Shown: positions 34,270 through 44,026 of the stretch, one piece after another
Layout of the letters: every line of letters starts with the position of its first letter
How positions within the stretch are numbered: the stretch's first letter is position 1
IMG/VR virus record: IMGVR_UViG_3300037466_003648
Span: 1-64,000 of that record
DNA from: a virus
Taxonomy: Duplodnaviria; Caudoviricetes
Reading direction: 5' to 3' (one strand)
DNA length: 64,000 bases
The notes under the pieces: generated by a model
The model's input: the letters and a program-made list of their open reading frames with translations, nothing else
Databases searched by the model: none
What the model was told of the DNA's origin: nothing
Program-made: the position numbers and the translations under genes

Positions 34270-35421
34270 ATGAGCACCCCCACCATCGTTGACAACAAGG
34301 TCGAGGTCCGCGTCTGCTTCGACACGACGGGATCTATGTCCCCGTGCATCATGCAAGTGCGGCGCGTGGCCCGCGAGATGCTGACCCGCCTTGCCAAGGA
34401 CGTCCCCGGCATCCGCATGGGCATCACCGCGCACGGCGACTACTGCGACGATCCGGCGAGCGCCAGCGGTTACTACAGCCGTGGCAGCTACGTCACCAAG
34501 CACTCCGCCATGACCAGCGACATCAACTCGATCGTCAGCTTCATCGACAACGTGGGCAACACCGGCGGCGGCGACTCCGACGAGTGCTACGAGCTGGTGC
34601 TGAAGGAAGTCCAGGACCCCGCGATGGGCTGGACGCCTGGCTACAAGCACATCCTCGTCATGATCGGCGACGCCGAGCCGCACGAGCCGGGTTACCGCTA
34701 CGGCGGCAAGACCTACGACATCAACTGGCGCCACGAGGCCAAGAAGCTGGCCGACCAGGGCGTCAAGATCTACTCCGTCCAGGCGATGAGCTACAGCCGC
34801 TCGCGCAACTTCTGGTCGGAGATCGCGAAGATCGGTGGCGGCCACCACATCACGCTGGACCAGTTCGCCTACATCACGGACATGTTGCTCGCGATCTGCT
34901 ACCAGCAGCAAGGCCCCGAGGCGCTCTCCAAGTTCGAGACCGAGCTGCGTACGGCGGGTCGCTTGGGTCGCAACATGGCCACCGCGATCGGCACGCTCGC
35001 CGGGCGGTCGGTCGAGGCCATCAAGGAAGCCACCACCAAGACCTTCGGCGATCCCGGTAAGCTGCGTGCTTGCGACCCCAGCCGCTTCCAGGCGTTGGAG
35101 ATCGACGCGGATGTCCGCATCGACCAGTTCGTCGAGGGCAACGGCATCCCGTTCATCAAGGGCCGCGGCTTCTACGAGTTCATGAAGCGCGAGGAGATCC
35201 AGTCCTACAAGGAAGTCATCCTGATGGACAAGGCGTCCGGCGACCTCTTCGAGGGCGACGTGGCGCGCGAGATGCTGGGCCTCCCCAAGGACAAGACCGT
35301 CAAGCTCAGCCCGAAGGAAGTGGACCTGGGCAAGTACACGGCCTACATCCAGTCGACCAGCTACAACCGCAAGCTGATTGGCGGGACAAAGTTCCTGTAC
35401 GAGGTTGACCGCACGCGCTAA
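34270..35421 (+). CDS. von Willebrand factor A (vWA) domain protein
   Basis: SD GAAAGGAG; MIDAS-type FDTTGSM, GDYCD, GGGDSDECY, MIGDAEPH. Confidence 0.85.
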   Translation: MSTPTIVDNKVEVRVCFDTTGSMSPCIMQVRRVAREMLTRLAKDVPGIRMGITAHGDYCDDPASASGYYSRGSYVTKHSAMTSDINSIVSFIDNVGNTGGGDSDECYELVLKEVQDPAMGWTPGYKHILVMIGDAEPHEPGYRYGGKTYDINWRHEAKKLADQGVKIYSVQAMSYSRSRNFWSEIAKIGGGHHITLDQFAYITDMLLAICYQQQGPEALSKFETELRTAGRLGRNMATAIGTLAGRSVEAIKEATTKTFGDPGKLRACDPSRFQALEIDADVRIDQFVEGNGIPFIKGRGFYEFMKREEIQSYKEVILMDKASGDLFEGDVAREMLGLPKDKTVKLSPKEVDLGKYTAYIQSTSYNRKLIGGTKFLYEVDRTR

Positions 35422-35508
35422 GCGTCACCAACGTGTCGGCGGAGAGGCTTCTCCGTCGACACGTCCACACATCTTGTCGATCCCATCGACACGCCGAAAG
35501 GAGCCACC

Positions 35509-35802
35509 ATGCGATTAGGAGATACGACGGGTTCCAAGCCTGTCTACGTACACGATTGCAAACGTTGCGTCTACTTGGGTACCACACTGGTCCCACCCAA
35601 CAAAAGCGGCAAGGAAGGCTACACACCTGCCGACTGGTATGGCTGCAACAACCACGACAACGCGATCATCATCACGCGCCACAGCAGCGAGCCCAGCGAC
35701 AACCGGACGATCGATGCCCGTGACATCGGCCCCGCCTACGACTCGTTCAGCATGCTGCGGGCAGGTTTCGCGGCGCTGTACGCCGAACTGCGGGCATCCT
35801 AG
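35509..35802 (+). CDS. hypothetical protein
   Basis: GCCGAAAGGAGCC RBS. Confidence 0.65.
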   Translation: MRLGDTTGSKPVYVHDCKRCVYLGTTLVPPNKSGKEGYTPADWYGCNNHDNAIIITRHSSEPSDNRTIDARDIGPAYDSFSMLRAGFAALYAELRAS

Positions 35803-35914
35803 ATGCCCGGCCGCAGTCTGGAAGACATGGAAGAGCGCGCTCATGATGGGTACGCCGATCCCGAGGATGTTCTGACCCTGGTGGGCTGGATTCGCCAGCT
35901 CACGAAGCCGAAGG

Positions 35915-36403
35915 ATGATGCCCATGCAAGCGACGATTAACAAGCGCACGCCCTTGGTTCGGGTTCACATGGTACGCGAAACCATGGTAGAGTACCCCAT
36001 CGGCGAGCTGATGTCCGGTCCTCGCTACATCGGTCACGCTGCAAAGGTCATCCTCGACACCTACGACCGAGAAGCCTTCTTGGTTGCACACCTCAACGCC
36101 AAGCACAAGCTCATCTCGATGGAGGTGGTCGCGGTCGGCACCATCAATGCCACCCTGGTCCATCCTCGCGAGGTGTTCAAGGGAGCCGTGCTCGCCAATG
36201 CGGTCTCGGTCTGCCTGGTGCACAATCACCCCTCCGGTGATCCCACACCCAGCGCTGACGACATCGCACTCACAAAACAGCTCCTGGAAGCCGGGGAGAT
36301 CCTGGGTATCCGGGTCCTCGATCACCTCGTGTTGGGGTACGACCGTTCGGTCAGCCTCCGCGAAAACACCTCGCTGTGGCGAGAGCAATCCTTCCACCGC
36401 TAG
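35915..36403 (+). CDS. radC: RadC/JAB-domain protein
   Basis: REAF...GTINATLVHPREVF...HNHPSGDPTPS.DD...VLDH. Confidence 0.9.
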   Translation: MMPMQATINKRTPLVRVHMVRETMVEYPIGELMSGPRYIGHAAKVILDTYDREAFLVAHLNAKHKLISMEVVAVGTINATLVHPREVFKGAVLANAVSVCLVHNHPSGDPTPSADDIALTKQLLEAGEILGIRVLDHLVLGYDRSVSLRENTSLWREQSFHR

Positions 36404-36413
36404 GAGGTAGCCC

Positions 36414-36854
36414 ATGCAACTCGAACGCGTGAACATGTGGGACAGGCACCAGTGGGCGGGCGTCTACGTTGCCACCACGACCAACAGCATGATCAAGGCC
36501 AATGGTCGGGCGGCCATGGGCAAGGGCAACGCACTCGAAGCTTCCCAGCGCTTCCCCAAACTCGCCACCGGGCTGGCCGAATTGCTCAAGCTGCGGGGCA
36601 ACCACGTCTTCTACTTCCCGGACTACAAGCTCTTCACCTTCCCCACGAAGCACAACAACCCGTGGGCCAATTCGGACCTCGCGCTCATCGAGCAGTCCGC
36701 TCAAGAGCTGCGTATGTTCCTGGATGCCTACTCCCAGGTCAAGACCGTCTACCTACCCCAGCCGGGGTGTGGCAACGGTCGCCTCGACTGGAAGGACGTC
36801 GAACCCGTCCTGGATCGCCACCTCGATGACCGCGTGATCGTGGTCTACCAGTAA
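36414..36854 (+). CDS. macrodomain (DarG/Appr-1-p-like ADP-ribose processing) protein
   Basis: TTNSMIKANGRAAMGKGNA, FPTK, YLPQPGCGNGRLDW. Confidence 0.8.
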   Translation: MQLERVNMWDRHQWAGVYVATTTNSMIKANGRAAMGKGNALEASQRFPKLATGLAELLKLRGNHVFYFPDYKLFTFPTKHNNPWANSDLALIEQSAQELRMFLDAYSQVKTVYLPQPGCGNGRLDWKDVEPVLDRHLDDRVIVVYQ

Positions 36855-36882
36855 CCCTCCCTCTGCTGAAAGGAGCCTCATC

Positions 36883-38937
36883 ATGGCCTCGATCTCCACG
36901 TCCCTGGACTTCCTGCCCTTCAAGCTCGCGGTCGCCGCCCAGTTCAAGAAGATGCAGGCGCACCCGATGCTCCGCATGACCGCCACCAAGGATGGCATGT
37001 GGGAGACCTACCTGGGCAGCTTCCCCGTGGGCACCGACCCGATCTTCCGCGAGCGCACGGAGCACAACTGCAACTGCTGCCGCTCGTTCATCCGCCACAT
37101 CGGCAACACCGTCGCCATCGTCGACGGTCAGCTCGTCTCGATCTGGGACAACCTCCAGAGCATCGACCCCGCCTACGCGACGGTCGCCGCCGCGATGTCG
37201 GCGTACGTGAAGGCCCAGGCGATCGACAACCTGTTCCTGCACAACGAGCACCGCATCGGCACGGACAAGAACTTCGAGCAGATCATGAACTCCGCGAAGG
37301 AGTGGCAGCACTTCTACGTGGACCTGCCGAAGGAGCTGGTCGTGGAGAAGGGCAAGACTGTCGAGGCGGCGCTGTCCGACCCGCGTGCCACCCACGACGT
37401 CATGCTGCGCGGCTTGAAGGAGCTGACCATGGACGCCGTGGACACGGTCCTGCAGCTGATGGCGCAGGGCTCGCTGTACCGTGGCGACGAGTTCAAGTGG
37501 GCGGTCGCCGAGTTCAAGAAGCTCAAGACCGACTTCGACAAGCTCACCACGGACCTGGATCGCGAGATCTTCGTCTGGTCGCGCGTCAAGAGCGTCAACC
37601 AGGCGGTCTCGCGCATCCGTAACTCCGCGATCGGCACCTTGCTCGTGGACCTGTCGGAGAACCCCGGTCTCCTGGAAGAGGCGGTGGGCTGCTACGAAGC
37701 CAAGGTTGCCCCGGTGAACTACAAGCGCACCACCGCGCTCGTGACGCCCAAGATGCTGGAGTTGGCGAAGCAGGAGATCGAGAAGTTGGGCCTCATGTCC
37801 GCTTTGGATCGCCGCTTCGCGCACTTGGAGGACATCACGATCAACAACGTGCTGTTCGCCGACCGCTCCAGCAAGGCCAAGATGGCGGGCAACATCTTCG
37901 ACGAGCTGGCCGCCAAGGCGAACACCACGCCGAAGAACCTCGACAAGGTCGAGGAGGTCACGATCGAGAAGTTCATGACCGACATCCTGCCCACGGCGCA
38001 GTCCCTGGAGATCATGGTGGAGAACCGCCATGTGCCCAACCTGATGACGCTGATCACCGCCGCCAACCCGACGGCCGGTCAGCTCTTCAAGTGGGGCAAC
38101 AACTTCTCCTGGGACTACAACGGTGGCGTCACCGACGCCATCAAGGAGCGCGTCAAGAAGGCGGGCGGCAACGTCGAGGGCGAGCTGTCCTGCCGCCTGG
38201 CGTGGAGCAACACGGACGACCTGGACTTCCACATGATCGAGCCGGGCGGCTACGAGATCGCGTTCCCCAACAAGGGTCGCAAGTCCCCTAACGGGGGCAT
38301 GCTCGACGTCGACATGAACGTGTCCGGCGAGAGCACGACCCCGGTGGAGAACATCTTCTACACCAACCGGAACCAGATGCGCGAAGGCGTCTACACGCTC
38401 AACGTGCACCAGTACACCCTCCGCAACCCGAACAAGAACGTCGGCTTCCAGGTGGACATCGACTTCTTGGGGACGGTCCACAGCTTCGTGTACCCCAAGA
38501 CGGTACGCCAAGGCGAGACCATCACCGTGGCGCGGATCGAGTACAGCAAGAAGGACGGCGTGAAGTTCCTGCCGGGTGGTCTGGACTCCAGCCAGGCGAC
38601 CAAGACGGTCTGGAACGTGCCGACCCAGACCTTCCAGAAGGTCAACGTCGTGTCGCTCTCGCCCAACCACTGGGACGGCGAGGGCATCGGGGCCAAGCAC
38701 TACTTCTTCTTCATCGATGGTTGCCTCCACGAGGGCGACGCGCGGGGCGTCTACAACGAGTTCTTGAAGAACGAGTTCACGCCGCACCGCAAGGCGTTCG
38801 ACCTGGTGGGCTCGAAGATGGTGACCGGCCAGTCCGATCGCCAGCTCTCCGGCCTGGGCTTCTCCAGCACCGTGCGCAACGACGTGCTCGTGCGCGTCGG
38901 CGGCGTGTTCACCCGGACCCTCAAGGTCACCTTCTAG
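36883..38937 (+). CDS. conserved large phage protein with C-terminal DUF2135/YfaP-like region
   Basis: HNCNCCRSFIR near the N-terminus; LAWSNTDDLDFHMIEPGG...GGMLDVDMN; very strong codon bias. Confidence 0.8.
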   Translation: MASISTSLDFLPFKLAVAAQFKKMQAHPMLRMTATKDGMWETYLGSFPVGTDPIFRERTEHNCNCCRSFIRHIGNTVAIVDGQLVSIWDNLQSIDPAYATVAAAMSAYVKAQAIDNLFLHNEHRIGTDKNFEQIMNSAKEWQHFYVDLPKELVVEKGKTVEAALSDPRATHDVMLRGLKELTMDAVDTVLQLMAQGSLYRGDEFKWAVAEFKKLKTDFDKLTTDLDREIFVWSRVKSVNQAVSRIRNSAIGTLLVDLSENPGLLEEAVGCYEAKVAPVNYKRTTALVTPKMLELAKQEIEKLGLMSALDRRFAHLEDITINNVLFADRSSKAKMAGNIFDELAAKANTTPKNLDKVEEVTIEKFMTDILPTAQSLEIMVENRHVPNLMTLITAANPTAGQLFKWGNNFSWDYNGGVTDAIKERVKKAGGNVEGELSCRLAWSNTDDLDFHMIEPGGYEIAFPNKGRKSPNGGMLDVDMNVSGESTTPVENIFYTNRNQMREGVYTLNVHQYTLRNPNKNVGFQVDIDFLGTVHSFVYPKTVRQGETITVARIEYSKKDGVKFLPGGLDSSQATKTVWNVPTQTFQKVNVVSLSPNHWDGEGIGAKHYFFFIDGCLHEGDARGVYNEFLKNEFTPHRKAFDLVGSKMVTGQSDRQLSGLGFSSTVRNDVLVRVGGVFTRTLKVTF

Positions 38938-38946
38938 GAGAATGTC

Positions 38947-39126
38947 ATGAGTGAGATCAACTTCCTGCTCACGGCGCACATCGAAGGTGACGTCGAGGAC
39001 ATTCCTACCTTGAAGGAGAACATCTTGGCAGCGTTGGAGCGGACCCGCTCCAACGATGGCATCTCCTCCGATAAGGAAGCCCATGGCTACGTCATGGGCT
39101 TCAGCGCCCGACACATCGACACGTAG
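38947..39126 (+). CDS. hypothetical protein (59 aa)
   Basis: SD AGGAG, ATG, TAG. Confidence 0.55.
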   Translation: MSEINFLLTAHIEGDVEDIPTLKENILAALERTRSNDGISSDKEAHGYVMGFSARHIDT

Positions 39127-39134
39127 GAGAATCC

Positions 39135-39542
39135 ATGGCTCAGACCATCATCCCGGCGGGGTACCGCATCCACGTCACGTCGTGGGAGAACGACGCTGAC
39201 AACTACCAAACCAAGACGCTCGAAGGGGTTGTGAAGGAGCACATCCCCTTCATCTTGGCTGCTTGTGATCTGCTGGACGACTCCTGCAACAACAGCAGCA
39301 AGTTTGGCAACATCTACGAGGGCAGCCTCGACGGGTTGCGCGAAGCTCTCGACGACCTCCTCAAGGAGTACCCCGACCGCCCAGCGGGGTGCGACTCTGG
39401 TGAAGCCATTGTCGAGGGTCTGTTGAGCAGCCTGGGACTCACCTACACAGGTGAGTTCACGACCCGTGTCTTCGATAACGTCAAGATCGAGTACGTTCCC
39501 CAGGAGATCCTCCTGGAAGACGTCACCTCCCAGTTCATCTAA
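39135..39542 (+). CDS. hypothetical protein
   Basis: SD AGGAG; IPAGYRIHVTSWENDADNY. Confidence 0.75.
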   Translation: MAQTIIPAGYRIHVTSWENDADNYQTKTLEGVVKEHIPFILAACDLLDDSCNNSSKFGNIYEGSLDGLREALDDLLKEYPDRPAGCDSGEAIVEGLLSSLGLTYTGEFTTRVFDNVKIEYVPQEILLEDVTSQFI

Positions 39543-39579
39543 TCCCCACCCCACGATCAGAAAGGATCGGTTCAACACC

Positions 39580-40002
39580 ATGGCCAACGAGAACATCTTC
39601 GAGCAGGCGTCCCGCATCAAGCTGCGTTTCGCCACGTCCAGCGCCAAGGGCTCTGGCGTCGTCTCCGTCGAGGACTTGTGGGATCTGCCCCTCAAGTCCG
39701 AGGCGGGTCGCCCCAACCTCTACGACATCGCCACCGCGCTGAACAAGCAGGTGCAGTCGGTGGGCGACGTGCCCGCCTTCCTGCAGGACGAAGCCAAGCC
39801 CGCCGACACCCAGGCGGCGCTGGCGCTGGACATCATCAAGCGCGTCATCGAGGTCCGCAAGGCCGAGGCGCTGGAGCGCAGCCAGGCTGCCGACAAGGCG
39901 GCCCAGAAGCAGAAGATCCTGGCGCTCATCAACGAGAAGGACGACGAGTCCCTCAAGACGAAGAGCAAGGAAGAGCTGATGCTGGAGCTGGCGAAGCTCT
40001 AG
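39580..40002 (+). CDS. conserved phage helical protein
   Basis: SD GAAAGGA; IFEQASRIKLRF...SVEDLWDLPL; strong codon bias. Confidence 0.8.
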   Translation: MANENIFEQASRIKLRFATSSAKGSGVVSVEDLWDLPLKSEAGRPNLYDIATALNKQVQSVGDVPAFLQDEAKPADTQAALALDIIKRVIEVRKAEALERSQAADKAAQKQKILALINEKDDESLKTKSKEELMLELAKL

Positions 40003-40009
40003 TCCGGTT

Positions 40010-40037
40010 GGGGCGGATGGCTTCGGCTGTCCGCCCC
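40010..40037 (+). terminator. 12-bp hairpin with cUUCGg loop
   Basis: GGGGCGGATGGC-TTCG-GCTGTCCGCCCC; no U-tract. Confidence 0.55.
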
Positions 40038-40062
40038 GCTTCATGTAGAAAGGAGCCGCCCC

Positions 40063-40284
40063 GTGGACGTCGCCAAAGACTTTGCTCGTGCCAAGAGGCA
40101 CTTGCAGGAAGCTTACAAACAAGTCATCCAGGACTGCCAGGCCAACTTGGAACGGCTGGAGTCTGCGCCTAAAGGTGACAAGCGTCCGTGGGATCTGATC
40201 CCGTTGGAGGGTAAGATCGGCAACGTGATCGTCTGTCAAGCCAAGTACCAGATTCTGGCAGAGGTCTCTACTACCAAGAACTAG
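40063..40284 (+). CDS. hypothetical protein
   Basis: SD GAAAGGAG, GTG start. Confidence 0.65.
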   Translation: MDVAKDFARAKRHLQEAYKQVIQDCQANLERLESAPKGDKRPWDLIPLEGKIGNVIVCQAKYQILAEVSTTKN

Positions 40285-40301
40285 CCGAAAGGAGCCGCCC
40301 C

Positions 40302-40505
40302 GTGGGTCTTTATCAATCCTTGTTCTTCAAGTCGTGGTCTGTGGTCGTGAAAGACGTCCGCGAGGCCAGCCAACCCCACATGCCGACCCACACGTTGCGG
40401 CGGATCGTTACCGCCAACACAGCCGAGGCGGCCATCGACAAAATGAAGCAGTACCTCACCAACGAGGGCTTCATGTTCGGTGTTGTCACGGCAGAGCTGG
40501 GCTAA
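40302..40505 (+). CDS. hypothetical protein
   Basis: GCCGAAAGGAGCC RBS, GTG start. Confidence 0.6.
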   Translation: MGLYQSLFFKSWSVVVKDVREASQPHMPTHTLRRIVTANTAEAAIDKMKQYLTNEGFMFGVVTAELG

Positions 40506-40507
40506 CC

Positions 40508-40678
40508 ATGCGTCCCAGCGAACTAAGAGACATGCAGGACTACCTGCAGATCGCGGTCGATGTACCGCTACCCGCTCGTGACGCCATGTACCGCCTCATC
40601 GATGAGGTGAAGCGTTTGGCGAACCGCCTGGCAAAAGTCCAAGGACTGCCAGAGCTACCCTATCCACCCAACAGCTGA
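40508..40678 (+). CDS. small hypothetical protein
   Basis: ATG after the upstream stop. Confidence 0.5.
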   Translation: MRPSELRDMQDYLQIAVDVPLPARDAMYRLIDEVKRLANRLAKVQGLPELPYPPNS

Positions 40679-40689
40679 AGGAGACTCCC

Positions 40690-41418
40690 GTGAGCAAGCC
40701 CATGATCAACCTCAAGAAGACCGAGGTTGAAGACCTTCGCAAGTTCTCCGTCGAACCTGTTCTCACCAACATGAAGGTGCTGGACGTAGTGTGCAACGTC
40801 GTGTTGGTGTTGGACGACTCCGGCTCGATGGAGCACGAGTACGAAGAGGGCCACGTCCAGCTCGTCGCCGAGCGTGCGCTCGCCCTGGCCATGGTCTGGG
40901 ACGCCGACCAGAAGGTCGACATCTTCACCCTCAACCGCGGCTTCATCGGCACGATGTCCCCCGACTCGTTCAAGGGCTGGGTCGGTCGCAATATCCGTGC
41001 ATTCGGCGGGACCCCGTACTCGACCGTCATCCGCCAGATCGTGGAGCGCTACGGTCAAGTCTTCCTAAAGGGCTTCTTCGCCAAGTTGCGCACCCTCTTC
41101 GGCGCCAAGGAAGCTCCCGTACTCCCCACCTACGTCCTCTTCGTGACGGACGGTGACTGTACCGACCAACCCGAAACGACCTCGATGATCGCCCAGCTCA
41201 TTGGCGGTCCCATCTTCATCCAGTTCGTGGGCTTGGGTGAAACCACCTTCTCGTACCTCAAGACCATGGACCGCCGCAACACCAGCTTCTTCATCCTCCC
41301 CTGCGAGGAAGAAGACGCGGTCGTGGACGATGGCTGGCTCTACCAGAACCTCGCCCGCGGCTTCAGCAACTGGCTGAAGAACCGTCAGGGCACGGGCAGT
41401 GTGGTCGGGAAGGACTAA
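40690..41418 (+). CDS. vWA domain protein (TerF/ter-cluster-associated type)
   Basis: VLVLDDSGSM, GGTPY, LFVTDGD, IFIQFVGLG. Confidence 0.8.
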   Translation: MSKPMINLKKTEVEDLRKFSVEPVLTNMKVLDVVCNVVLVLDDSGSMEHEYEEGHVQLVAERALALAMVWDADQKVDIFTLNRGFIGTMSPDSFKGWVGRNIRAFGGTPYSTVIRQIVERYGQVFLKGFFAKLRTLFGAKEAPVLPTYVLFVTDGDCTDQPETTSMIAQLIGGPIFIQFVGLGETTFSYLKTMDRRNTSFFILPCEEEDAVVDDGWLYQNLARGFSNWLKNRQGTGSVVGKD

Positions 41419-41421
41419 CCG

Positions 41422-41874
41422 ATGTCCGACCTGTCCCCCTCCTTGAACAACGTTCCTGCGGGTGGTGACGCACCCGCGCTGGGTTTCCGTCCGACCGATC
41501 TGCCCAAGCTGTGGGCGGAGGGTGACGAGCTACCGCACCGCGACGTCAAGCGGAGTCATCGTGACCCCGAACCCGAACCGAAGGTTGGCATGGGTGTCAC
41601 AATGGGCTACGGTTCCGACTGTTATCCCGGCACGATCGTCAAGGTGTCGCCGTCCGGCCACGCCGTCTGGGTGGTGGACGACCGGCACACCTATACGGGT
41701 CCGCCGCGGCCCTACGGCGATCCCGGCAAGGACGAGGACTGGCACTACTTCCGCACCGCCGACAACGAGGGCAAGAAGGCCACCCGTCGCCAGAATGGAC
41801 GCTACGCGTTCGTGGGCAGTCACCAAGCTCTCAACTTGGGTGCCCGCCGCTACTACCAAGATCCCCACTTCTAG
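41422..41874 (+). CDS. hypothetical protein
   Basis: PKVGMGVT...GSDCYPGTIVKV. Confidence 0.75.
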   Translation: MSDLSPSLNNVPAGGDAPALGFRPTDLPKLWAEGDELPHRDVKRSHRDPEPEPKVGMGVTMGYGSDCYPGTIVKVSPSGHAVWVVDDRHTYTGPPRPYGDPGKDEDWHYFRTADNEGKKATRRQNGRYAFVGSHQALNLGARRYYQDPHF

Positions 41875-41888
41875 CCGAAGGAGCTACC

Positions 41889-42290
41889 ATGTCCACCAAG
41901 ACCGTTACCGTCAGGGAAACTTACGTTGCCCGCTTCTTTACGGAGACCACTCGCACCGAGGTCGAGGGCCGCGACGTAGCTGCTGCCGTAGCTGCCTTGC
42001 AGCCCTACGAGATGGGCTTCTCGTTCTTCGACCAGCAGGTGGAGACCCACAAGACCACCTGGGGCGAAGAGAAGACGGACTATGGTCCCAGGCTCGATGA
42101 AACCGGCATCTACTACCCTGGCGGCACCCTCTACATGCGAGATCAAGTGCTCGATCCCACCGGTGAATTTGCTGGTGAGAGCTTCGACATCTTGCGTAGC
42201 AACGTCGAAAACAACAACGTCCAGGCACTCGTCAAGACGCGCTCTGGCAACCTCATCCAGTTCCACCCCGATCGCGACCACATCATCTAG
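41889..42290 (+). CDS. hypothetical protein
   Basis: GCCGAAGGAG RBS. Confidence 0.75.
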   Translation: MSTKTVTVRETYVARFFTETTRTEVEGRDVAAAVAALQPYEMGFSFFDQQVETHKTTWGEEKTDYGPRLDETGIYYPGGTLYMRDQVLDPTGEFAGESFDILRSNVENNNVQALVKTRSGNLIQFHPDRDHII

Positions 42291-42304
42291 CCGAAGGAGC
42301 AACT

Positions 42305-42583
42305 ATGTCCTACCAACCGCCCCACAAGCGAGGTACCCACAGGTTCGACCGTCCCCGCTGCGTCGCGTGCAACGGTTCCGGTTATGCCGAGTTCCCACGC
42401 GCCGTCGAGCGGGTCGAGGTGATGTTGGGTGACAGTGGTCTCTCCGTCACGCGCACCGTCTACGAGGGCGTGCGTCAGATCGGCACGGGCGCCTACATCA
42501 AGTTCAGCGGCAAGCACGTCGCCGTGAAGAAGGTGGACGGCAAGTGGGTTACCGAAAACCCGGAAGAGGCGGTGGTCAGGTGA
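42305..42583 (+). CDS. hypothetical protein with CVACNGSG motif
   Basis: GCCGAAGGAG RBS. Confidence 0.65.
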   Translation: MSYQPPHKRGTHRFDRPRCVACNGSGYAEFPRAVERVEVMLGDSGLSVTRTVYEGVRQIGTGAYIKFSGKHVAVKKVDGKWVTENPEEAVVR

Positions 42584-43206
42584 GTCGCGCGTTCCTGAAC
42601 AACGAGATCTACATCAGCGTCGATGTCGAGACCGACGGCCCCATCCCCGGCCCCAACTCGATGTTGTCGCTGGGCGCCGCCGCGTATCGGATCGAGATCG
42701 TCAATGGCAAACTCGTGCCCGTGCTGCTGGACACCTTCAGCATGAACATCGAGCAGCTGTGGGATGCCAAGCCCGATCCCGAGACCGAAGCCTGGTGGAA
42801 GACCCAACCTGCTGCTTGGGAAGCTTGTCGCAAGGACCCACAGAAGCCTGGTGTCGTCATGAAGCTGTTCAGCCAGTGGGTCGAAGAGACCTCGAAGGAA
42901 GCTAATGCGAAGCCCGTCTTCGTGGGCTACCCTGCGGGCTTCGACTTCCTCTTCGTCTACTGGTACCTGATCCGCTTCGTGGGTAAGAGCCCCTTCTCGT
43001 TCTCCGCGCTGGACGTCAAGACGTTCGCCATGGCCGTGTTGGGCACCGAGTACCGCAACTCGACGAAGCGCAACATGCCCAAGGGATGGTTCCCCAAGGT
43101 CCGCCACAACCACATCGCGGTCGATGATGCCGTGGAGCAGGGCGAGTTGTTCTGCAACATGTTCATCGACAACTACCGCCGCCGTAAGCCCAACACGACC
43201 CTTTAG
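42580..43206 (+). CDS. DEDDh 3'-5' exo(ribo)nuclease (Rv2179c/RNase AS-like)
   Basis: SVDVETDGP (ExoI), AGFDF (ExoII), HIAVDDA (ExoIII). Confidence 0.85.
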   Translation: MSRAFLNNEIYISVDVETDGPIPGPNSMLSLGAAAYRIEIVNGKLVPVLLDTFSMNIEQLWDAKPDPETEAWWKTQPAAWEACRKDPQKPGVVMKLFSQWVEETSKEANAKPVFVGYPAGFDFLFVYWYLIRFVGKSPFSFSALDVKTFAMAVLGTEYRNSTKRNMPKGWFPKVRHNHIAVDDAVEQGELFCNMFIDNYRRRKPNTTL

Positions 43207-43215
43207 GAGGTCTCC

Positions 43216-44025
43216 ATGCTACTTGGTTGTCCCTACTGTCGGACCGTGCTCACCAAGCACTGGTTGTTCCGCACGCTGAAGTGCCCCACGCACGGCAAGA
43301 TCGAGCCGTACCGCGCGATCAACCTCGCGACCACGCCACCGCCCAAGCCGCCCGCGGCTCCGATCAGCAAGACGGCGCCTGTACCCACCCCGCGCCCGCC
43401 GCAGCCCTCGCGGACCCACCACAACCCGCCGCCCCCGGCTAGCCGCCCGGCTCCTCCTCGTGGTGTCCAGCATGTCCACCACGAGCACGAACACCACGAG
43501 CATCACCACCACACCTACATCCAGCCTTCGCCGCCACCCGTGGTCATCGAAGACCTCGGTGTTACGGCCAGCGGCAACTGGGGCACGGACACCCTGGCCC
43601 CTGCTGACAGCGGCGTGACCGCCAGTGATAGCTGGGGCACGACGGGTGCGGCAGGTGGTAACGGTGGTACGCCGGACAACTCTGGTTCTGGTGTGGACGC
43701 CAGCGGCAGCTGGGACACGGGCAACACGTACAGCCCGCCTCCCCCGCCTCCGCCGCCGTCCTACGAACCCAGCTACAGCCCGCCTACGCCGCCTCCTCCG
43801 GCTTCGGATTACAGCTACAGCCCGCCGCCTCCTCCCCCGCCTCCGCCGTCGTCGGACTACGGTTCGTCTTCGTCTTCCTACGACTCCGGCAGCTCCAGCA
43901 GCTCGTACGACTCCGGCAGCTCCAGCAGCTCGTACGACTCCGGCAGCTCCAGCAGCTCGTACGACTCCGGCAGCTCCAGCAGCTCGTACGACTCCGGCGG
44001 ATCGTCGGGCGGCGGGGACTGGTAA
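43216..44025 (+). CDS. zinc-ribbon plus Pro/Ser-rich intrinsically disordered protein
   Basis: SD AGGAGG; CPYC...CPTH; SPPPPPPP and YDSGSSSSS repeats. Confidence 0.75.
   Translation: MLLGCPYCRTVLTKHWLFRTLKCPTHGKIEPYRAINLATTPPPKPPAAPISKTAPVPTPRPPQPSRTHHNPPPPASRPAPPRGVQHVHHEHEHHEHHHHTYIQPSPPPVVIEDLGVTASGNWGTDTLAPADSGVTASDSWGTTGAAGGNGGTPDNSGSGVDASGSWDTGNTYSPPPPPPPPSYEPSYSPPTPPPPASDYSYSPPPPPPPPPSSDYGSSSSSYDSGSSSSSYDSGSSSSSYDSGSSSSSYDSGSSSSSYDSGGSSGGGDW
43879..43998 (+). repeat. 27-bp in-frame tandem repeat x4.4 (TACGACTCCGGCAGCTCCAGCAGCTCG)
   Basis: Four exact copies plus a 12-nt partial copy; no spacers. Confidence 0.95.
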
Positions 44026-44026
44026 G

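Noticed and set aside
43879-43998. 27-bp direct repeats as a CRISPR array
   Set aside because: Head-to-tail with no spacers, in frame inside a CDS, and no cas genes
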